Assembly: GCA_000387965.1 (NCBI GenBank)
Contig: APJZ01000005.1
Location: 26,945-58,944 of the forward strand
Source: Candidatus Nanobsidianus stetteri
GTDB lineage: Archaea > Nanobdellota > Nanobdellia > Nanobdellales > Nanobdellaceae
Length of the DNA stretch: 32,000 bases
Direction: 5' to 3'
Below the pieces are notes generated by a model. The model saw only the letters and a program-made list of their open reading frames with translations. It did not search any database and was not told the origin of the DNA. Of this stretch, positions 9,234 to 15,252 are shown piece after piece. The position numbers and the translations under genes are program-made. The number at the start of each line of letters is the position of its first letter. Position 1 is the stretch's first letter.

Positions 9234-9734
9234 TCACGATAACGTATATCCAGTAGATATTGGATTATCATAGTAATATACATAAATAGTAGAACCACTT
9301 AAAGAAGTTATTCCAAAACTATTCATATTGACTGTCATATTTATTAGAAATAGTGAATTTTGAGGTATTGTACCATTTATATATGAGTTACCAGATGATG
9401 GATCTGTTATATTATATACATAACATGCTAAATATCCTTGAGCATTTCCGCTTAAAACTAAAGGACATTTTTGACTTTTTCCATTGGTAGAAGAAAATTC
9501 TACTAAAAGATTATTTGTAATCAATTGGGTAGATCCTATATTTTGAACTAAAATAGATATATTACCGTTTGAGTTATTATAATTTACTTGTAATATTTCA
9601 ACTTGAGCACCTAAATTTGAAACTTGATTACTTACATAACCCTTTGCCCATCCAACTATGATTGCACCTAAAGCTACTGTTAAAGCAATTAATATAATTG
9701 TTGCAATCAAAGGGGATACAGCCTTTATTTTCAT
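9234..9734 (-). CDS. Archaeal type IV pilin-like secreted protein (class III signal peptide)
   Basis: The N-terminus MKIKA|VSPLIATIILIALTVALGAIIVG matches the archaeal pilin/archaellin-type signal (K-A/G then VSPVIATxLLIAITV). The rest is S/T/N-rich with 5 N-x-S/T sequons. Confidence 0.7.
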   Translation of the reverse strand: MKIKAVSPLIATIILIALTVALGAIIVGWAKGYVSNQVSNLGAQVEILQVNYNNSNGNISILVQNIGSTQLITNNLLVEFSSTNGKSQKCPLVLSGNAQGYLACYVYNITDPSSGNSYINGTIPQNSLFLINMTVNMNSFGITSLSGSTIYVYYYDNPISTGYTLS

Positions 9735-9766
9735 AATATATTTAAAAATTTAGTAATATATAAACC

Positions 9767-10045
9767 TTATACCTTCTTCTTTATATTTATTTTTAACCTT
9801 TCCCATGGCCTTTTATCTATTAATTTTCCATCTAAAAAAATTGAATAATCATTAAAATAAAAAATAAATTTCGATATGTTCTTTGGAACTATATATATTT
9901 TATCTCTATTCTTTATATAAAATGTATTTTTTGTTTCATTTATTATTTCTCCATAAATACCCTTTAAACCTTTTATTTTACAATCATATACTTCTACATT
10001 TAATCCAATAAATTCATAAGATAAAAAATATTTATTCAATTTCAT
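9767..10045 (-). CDS. rnp1: RNase P protein component 1 (Rpp29/Pop4)
   Basis: The motif FIGLNVEVYDCKIKGLKGIYGEIINETKNTFYI...VPK...F.F matches the Rpp29 Sm-like barrel pattern (G..V.V......G..G.VV.ETKNT). It sits directly downstream of SUI1, as in many archaea. Confidence 0.8.
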   Translation of the reverse strand: MKLNKYFLSYEFIGLNVEVYDCKIKGLKGIYGEIINETKNTFYIKNRDKIYIVPKNISKFIFYFNDYSIFLDGKLIDKRPWERLKINIKKKV

Positions 10046-10346
10046 TAGATATTTCTATATTCTCTTCCTTAAAACCTAATTCCAATAATAATTTCTTTAT
10101 TTTTTCCCTATGGTCCCCCTGCAATTCTATTAAATTATCCTTATATGTACCTCCACAACCTAACTTTTGTTTTAAACTTTTCAATGTTTCCTTTGCAATA
10201 GATGGATCTACACCCTCTATAATTGTGACAATCTTTCCATAACTCCTTTTTTCAGCCCTTACAATAATCTTCTGAAATTCCTTCTCTATTTCCTTTGTTG
10301 TATTCTCTAAATCTATTGGAAGACCTGAGAAAAGTTTCTTTTTCAT
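10032..10346 (-). CDS. sui1: Translation initiation factor aIF1 (SUI1)
   Basis: The SUI1 domain is present: RSYGKIVTIIEGVD...LKSLKQKLGCGGTYKDNLIELQGDHREKIKKLLLELGF. Confidence 0.9.
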   Translation of the reverse strand: MKKKLFSGLPIDLENTTKEIEKEFQKIIVRAEKRSYGKIVTIIEGVDPSIAKETLKSLKQKLGCGGTYKDNLIELQGDHREKIKKLLLELGFKEENIEISNEIE

Positions 10347-10477
10347 CCCACAACAATGTTTTCTCTAGCCATTTTCTTTCTCAAATTCCTTATCGCTTTT
10401 GTATTACTTCCTAAATTTTTTCTTCTTGCATTGCTTCTCAATTTTATTAATTCCAATATGGTGTTCTGGTCCACCAT
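10343..10477 (-). CDS. rpl29: Probable ribosomal protein uL29, unusually short (44 aa from Met-28 of the 71-aa track ORF)
   Basis: MVDQNTILELIKLRSNARRKNLGSNTKAIRNLRKKMARENIVVG resembles the two-helix uL29 pattern (..EL..LR.......G......IR..R..IAR). It lies immediately upstream of sui1-rnp1, the usual archaeal L29-SUI1-Rnp1 order. The start at 10477 avoids overlap with kae1 (stop at 10506), and there is an ATGA overlap with sui1. Confidence 0.45.
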   Translation of the reverse strand: MVDQNTILELIKLRSNARRKNLGSNTKAIRNLRKKMARENIVVG

Positions 10478-10505
10478 TATAATATAATGATTAACAATAT
10501 AATAT

Positions 10506-11702
10506 TTAAGTTTTATATTCAATATCTTCAGGCCTCCAATATGGATTAATCCCATCAATTACATTTATACCATTTTTGTACCATAAAATTCCAGTCCATG
10601 CAATCATAGCACCATTATCATTTCCCAAATCTAAAGGAACAGTTCCAAATTTTACATTCCTTTCATTACACATTAAATATAAAATCTCTTGTAATCTTTT
10701 ATTTACAGAAACTCCTCCAGTTAATCCAAATTCTCTTTTATCTAATAAAGATAATCCTCTTTCAGATATTTCTGCTAACATTGAAAATATATATTCCTGA
10801 ATAGAATAAGATAAATCATATATATTAATATCTTTACTTTTTATTAGATTTTTTATATATGTATATATTCCTCCCAATTGTATATCCATTCCTTTAACAG
10901 AATATGGCAATTTTATTAGATTTTTTCCTTTTTTTGATAATTCTTCAATCTTTGGACCAGCTGGAAATCCAATATTTAATAATCTACCAACTTTATCTAA
11001 AAAATTTCCGACACCCATATCTAAAGTCTCCCCAACAATTCTATATTTATTTCCTTCAAACGATAATAACATCGTATTTGCTCCTGAAACTAATAAAATT
11101 AGGGGATCTATAAATTTATTATATAATTTAACAATTTCGGCATGTGCTATTAAATGATTTACTCCAATTAAATTTGAACTAAATATTTTAGAAAATAATT
11201 TACCACTAAAATATGCTTGAATCAGTGTTGGATATAAACCAGGTCCCGCAGAATATGAAATTAAATTTATTTTTCTTTCAAAATTATTTAAATTATTTAT
11301 ATATAAATTTAAGCTATTTTCCAATTCTTTATTATCGGAAACTATTTTATTATTTTCAACCCATATTTTATTATTATTATATATTATATACCTTTTTCTA
11401 TTCCATGGTTCATCATAAAATATTTCTTCAGATTCTTCTAATTTGTTTTTTATCTCATATAATGCATCTACAATATAAAATTTACCATTTAATTTCTTAA
11501 AAATGAATCCCGCTTTCCATACAGAATTTCTTAAAATATTAATATTCTCTTTAGAATGTAGCTCTGCAGCTTCTCTCGGATGTATTCCTCCTTTCTCACT
11601 TTTATATATTATTCTCTCATTAGAATATATATTTCCATTCTCATCAACAATTCCAATTGAATATGTATGAGCAGTAGACTCTATTCCTAAAGAAATTATC
11701 AT
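10506..11702 (-). CDS. kae1: tRNA N6-adenosine threonylcarbamoyltransferase Kae1 (KEOPS catalytic subunit) with ~79-aa insertion
   Basis: Motifs present: LGIESTAHTYSIGIV, GGIHPREAAELH, SAGPG, metal-binding GVNHLIAHAE, GETLDMGVGN, GFPAGPKIE and GNDNGAMIAW. It is 398 aa, versus about 325-340 aa for typical archaeal Kae1 as I recall. Confidence 0.9.
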   Translation of the reverse strand: MIISLGIESTAHTYSIGIVDENGNIYSNERIIYKSEKGGIHPREAAELHSKENINILRNSVWKAGFIFKKLNGKFYIVDALYEIKNKLEESEEIFYDEPWNRKRYIIYNNNKIWVENNKIVSDNKELENSLNLYINNLNNFERKINLISYSAGPGLYPTLIQAYFSGKLFSKIFSSNLIGVNHLIAHAEIVKLYNKFIDPLILLVSGANTMLLSFEGNKYRIVGETLDMGVGNFLDKVGRLLNIGFPAGPKIEELSKKGKNLIKLPYSVKGMDIQLGGIYTYIKNLIKSKDINIYDLSYSIQEYIFSMLAEISERGLSLLDKREFGLTGGVSVNKRLQEILYLMCNERNVKFGTVPLDLGNDNGAMIAWTGILWYKNGINVIDGINPYWRPEDIEYKT

Positions 11703-12088
11703 TGAGATTTTTGCGATTTAAATTCTTCATATATTTGATTAAAATCTTTATTTCCATATTCTTCTATTTTAGTATTTATTTGTACAATTTCTGGAGATAT
11801 TGTATTTCCTCTAACCAATTTTTTAACCCTTACCTTTTTATTTTCATTATACCACACATATTTTTTGTTCATTCCTTCAACATAATTTACCATTGGAGCA
11901 CCTTCAAATCCAGAACCACCGGTTATCCTTAATTTATATCCATCTAAATTAATTACTGATCCATCAATTATATCTCCAATTTTCTTACCTACTAATGATT
12001 CATCTTTTGTTTGTACTTGAATAGACTTTCCAGTCTTTGGATCTGATACTACAACTTTAAATATAATTTCTTTTCTCTTGTTTGCCAT
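11699..12088 (-). CDS. rps6e: Ribosomal protein eS6 (S6e)
   Basis: FKVVVSDPKTGKSIQVQ...GKKIGDIIDGS...GYKLRITGGSGFEGAPM is the typical archaeal S6e sequence. It has a 4-nt overlap with kae1. Confidence 0.9.
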   Translation of the reverse strand: MANKRKEIIFKVVVSDPKTGKSIQVQTKDESLVGKKIGDIIDGSVINLDGYKLRITGGSGFEGAPMVNYVEGMNKKYVWYNENKKVRVKKLVRGNTISPEIVQINTKIEEYGNKDFNQIYEEFKSQKSQ

Positions 12089-12161
12089 TTTATATCAATT
12101 ATAGAAAATATTTTTATTCTTTAATGAAAAATTTTTATATAACAAATACTTTAAATTTATT

Positions 12162-12635
12162 ATGAGAGAATTATTACATATTGAACAAAATGATGAATTT
12201 CCAAATCTTTTTAATGGAATAATATTAAATTTACCAAATACAAATGCAATAAGCATAATAGATTATGATTTAAATATAAATACTTATATAAATCTAAAAG
12301 TATCATATCCTTTCTATTTTGGATTTATTCCTAGAACTTTTATTGATAATTATCCATTATTTTTCTCTTTTTTCTCAGATAAAAAATTTGATATACTCAG
12401 TTTATTAAGATTAGAACCTCTATACTTTTTTAAAATCCCAAAAGATATTACAATAAATATAATTTATTCAAAATTACCTAGTCAAAATATAAATATAGAT
12501 AAGGAAAGCATTGAAAATATATTAAAAGATTTCTTCGATATAGATAATATAATTCCATTATCCAAACCATCACATATTTTAGAAAATACAAATAGAGAAT
12601 ATAAGAGAAAGTTTAGCAAAATTAAAAAGTTATAA
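12162..12635 (+). CDS. Family I inorganic pyrophosphatase homolog with eroded active site (probable pseudoenzyme)
   Basis: The length (157 aa) and the core SYPFYFGFIPRTFIDNYPLF align with PPase YPxNYGFIPxTxxxDGDPLD. However, the DGDPLD Asp cluster reads DNYPLF, and the upstream E/K/E and downstream D..D.K positions are not recognisable. Confidence 0.55.
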   Translation: MRELLHIEQNDEFPNLFNGIILNLPNTNAISIIDYDLNINTYINLKVSYPFYFGFIPRTFIDNYPLFFSFFSDKKFDILSLLRLEPLYFFKIPKDITINIIYSKLPSQNINIDKESIENILKDFFDIDNIIPLSKPSHILENTNREYKRKFSKIKKL

Positions 12636-14405
12636 ACCCCAAGCAGGATTTTCTTTTCTCATTATATTTGCTATTTCCTTTAATATTTCTTTTTGTTCAT
12701 CATTTAAAATATCTTTATTTTCCTTAAATTTTCTATAATCATTTTCAGATATAAAAGTATATAATATATCATCTTCAAACAAATTTCTTCCAACTACTGC
12801 ATCATCTATAGATACAGCAACTTTATCATTTTTAATAGCTACATCTATATTCTTTTTTTCTTTTTGTATTGCCAAAATTCTTCCGATTATTTTTCCATCT
12901 AAATTAATTAAATACACATCTTTTTTTATTTCTCCCGCCAAAACTTCAACTCCAACAATTGCAGGATTTGATCTTCTAAATATATTTCCTTTCAATATTT
13001 TTATCTTTCCTACTGGTGGCAATTCTCTTAATATTCTTTCCTTATTATATTTTATATCATTAATATATTTCTCAATTTTTTCAATTAAATCGTATATAAC
13101 ATTTGATATTATTAAATTTATATTTGAAGATTTTACATATTCTTCATCATTTTTATTTATTCCAATATTAAATCCAACTATTACAGAATATTGAGGATAT
13201 TTTTCCTTCATAGATAATGCTATATTTATATCTTCTTTATTTATATCCCCTATATCTGCCTTTTTTATTGGAATATTTCTATCTCTTAACATTTTTACTA
13301 ATACTTCTAGTGATCCCAATGTGTCAGCTTTAACAATAATACCTTCCTTATCAGTTTGAAATATTATATTTTCAATATCTCCCTTTAATTTCTTTTCTAT
13401 TTCCTTTAATTCTTTTTCATCATTATATACATATATTGTAGAACCTGGTAGAGCATTATCTAATCCATCTGCAGATATTCTTATCCCACTTGCTGCATAT
13501 GCTATATCAATTTCTTTAAATTTATTTCTACCAGCAAATCTAATATCTGTTAAGGGTACTGGTTTTAATATTAATTTTACTTTTGTTGTTTTAATACCAT
13601 CTTTTGTTAAAAATGCAATTTTATCACCTTTTTTTATTTTACCATCATATAATATTATATCTATCACACTACCTAAACCTTTTTCTTCTTTTACTTCTAA
13701 AATTACTCCGACACCATTTCCTTCAACATTTATTTTTAATTTTTCTTCTAGATATCTTTGGGAAAGCCCTGCAATTAATAATAATAAATCGGGAATACCT
13801 TCCCCAGTTTTTGAAGAAACAGGAACAATTGCAACCTGTCTTCTAAAATCTTTTACTCTATCATATCTATCAGAATCAAATCCCAATTCATATAATTTAG
13901 CTACAATATTATATGTATATTCTTCTAATTTATTTATTACTTTTTGATCCTGATATTTTATACTTTCTAAAAATGGTTTATTTTCATAAGGTTTCCATCC
14001 ATCTATTTTATCTATTTTATTTAATGCAATTAAAAATGGTACTTTTAATTGTTTACATATTTCTATTGCTTCATATGTTTGTTTTTGAAATCCTTCTAAT
14101 ATATCTATTACAATAATTGCTAAATCTGAGACAGATCCTCCCCTTTTTCTTAAATTACTAAATACTTCATGACCTGGGGTATCTATAAATAATAAAGAAG
14201 GAATCTTTAGATCAAATTTAAACATATTTAATAGTGGTTTTGATATTTCTCTAATTATATCGATTGATACTTCTGTAGCTCCTATATGTTGAGTCATTTC
14301 ACCAACTTCTTTTTTTATATAAGATGTATTTCTAATCTTATCTAATAGAGAGGTTTTACCAGCATCAACATGACCTAAAACAACAATTATTGGAGATCTT
14401 ATCAT
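12630..14405 (-). CDS. infB: Translation initiation factor aIF5B (IF-2 GTPase)
   Basis: The GTPase motifs are G1 VLGHVDAGKTSLLD, G3 IDTPGHEVF and G4 ALNKIDK. The 591-aa length and domain order are typical of archaeal aIF5B. Confidence 0.95.
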   Translation of the reverse strand: MIRSPIIVVLGHVDAGKTSLLDKIRNTSYIKKEVGEMTQHIGATEVSIDIIREISKPLLNMFKFDLKIPSLLFIDTPGHEVFSNLRKRGGSVSDLAIIVIDILEGFQKQTYEAIEICKQLKVPFLIALNKIDKIDGWKPYENKPFLESIKYQDQKVINKLEEYTYNIVAKLYELGFDSDRYDRVKDFRRQVAIVPVSSKTGEGIPDLLLLIAGLSQRYLEEKLKINVEGNGVGVILEVKEEKGLGSVIDIILYDGKIKKGDKIAFLTKDGIKTTKVKLILKPVPLTDIRFAGRNKFKEIDIAYAASGIRISADGLDNALPGSTIYVYNDEKELKEIEKKLKGDIENIIFQTDKEGIIVKADTLGSLEVLVKMLRDRNIPIKKADIGDINKEDINIALSMKEKYPQYSVIVGFNIGINKNDEEYVKSSNINLIISNVIYDLIEKIEKYINDIKYNKERILRELPPVGKIKILKGNIFRRSNPAIVGVEVLAGEIKKDVYLINLDGKIIGRILAIQKEKKNIDVAIKNDKVAVSIDDAVVGRNLFEDDILYTFISENDYRKFKENKDILNDEQKEILKEIANIMRKENPAWGL

Positions 14406-14435
14406 TTAAAAATAATTTATAAGAAAAACTTTTAT

Positions 14436-15230
14436 TTATGGCCATATCCATCTTCTATATAAACCTTTTTCATTTGCAAAATTATTTGCTCTTTGATAAG
14501 ATTCTGTTGTACCAATATCAAACCAATATTCTTTATCATCGTTATATACATATCCATACAATTTTTCTCCCCTTTTTATTAAATATTCAAAGAAATTTCC
14601 CATAGAATCTTTACTATAATTAGAATTCATATATTCATCTAATAGATATAATTTTTCTTTTGGAATATAATATATTCCAGTAGATATTGTAGTATATAAT
14701 GGATTTTGAGGTTTTTCATAAAATTCTTTTATTATATTATTTTTTAATTTTACTACTCCATAATTTTTTGCATCATCAGGATTTTTTATATCATATATTG
14801 CTAAAGCTATAGAATTATTTTCATTTCCCAATTTAATTATTTTATTTAAATTAAAACTAAACAAATTATCCCCCAACAATATTAATAGATTATTATTTAT
14901 ACCCATCTCTTTTATTGCATAATGTAAACCACCAATTGATCCAAGTTTATTTTCTTCAGAATTTGATGGTTCAATTACCAATCTTATTTTTCCAATTTGA
15001 TATGGTTCATAAAAAGAATATAATGCTGATAGAATATGTCTAAAATGATTTTCATATTTTTTATTTGTAGATATAATTATCTCATCTGAACCAGTTTCTA
15101 ATGCTTTTTCTATTATATAATATATTAAAGGTACTCCTCCCACTGGAAACAATGGTTTTGGTACATAATCTGATAATGGTCTAAATCTCTTAGCAAAACC
15201 ACCTGCTAATATTAAAGTATCTAGACTCAT
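14436..15230 (-). CDS. Sugar-1-phosphate nucleotidyltransferase (RmlA/GalU/GlmU-N-like)
   Basis: The N-terminal signature LILAGGFAKRFRPLSDYVPKPLFPVGGVPLIYY is present, plus LLGDNLF and YGVV blocks. Sugar specificity cannot be determined from the sequence alone. Confidence 0.8.
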   Translation of the reverse strand: MSLDTLILAGGFAKRFRPLSDYVPKPLFPVGGVPLIYYIIEKALETGSDEIIISTNKKYENHFRHILSALYSFYEPYQIGKIRLVIEPSNSEENKLGSIGGLHYAIKEMGINNNLLILLGDNLFSFNLNKIIKLGNENNSIALAIYDIKNPDDAKNYGVVKLKNNIIKEFYEKPQNPLYTTISTGIYYIPKEKLYLLDEYMNSNYSKDSMGNFFEYLIKRGEKLYGYVYNDDKEYWFDIGTTESYQRANNFANEKGLYRRWIWP

Positions 15231-15252
15231 AAAGAAAAATTATCAAAAAAAT

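Noticed and set aside
10478-10558. N-terminal 27 codons of the 71-aa track ORF (MMGLIHIGGLKILNIKLKYYIVNHYII)
   Set aside because: They would overlap the kae1 3' end by 53 nt and do not resemble uL29. The Met at 10477 gives a non-overlapping gene 28 nt after the kae1 stop.
11268-11504. Kae1 insertion as a mini-intein
   Set aside because: There is no Cys/Ser/Thr nucleophile at the junctions, no terminal His-Asn and no block A/B/F/G-like motifs. At 79 aa it is too short for known inteins.
10576-11932. Plus-strand ORFs 10576..10800, 10904..11113, 11213..11500 and 11702..11932
   Set aside because: They are antisense to kae1 and rps6e, both of which have strong motif support.
13604-14116. Plus-strand ORFs 13604..13846 and 13913..14116
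   Set aside because: They are antisense to aIF5B, and their translations are L/F/Y/H-rich low-complexity strings.
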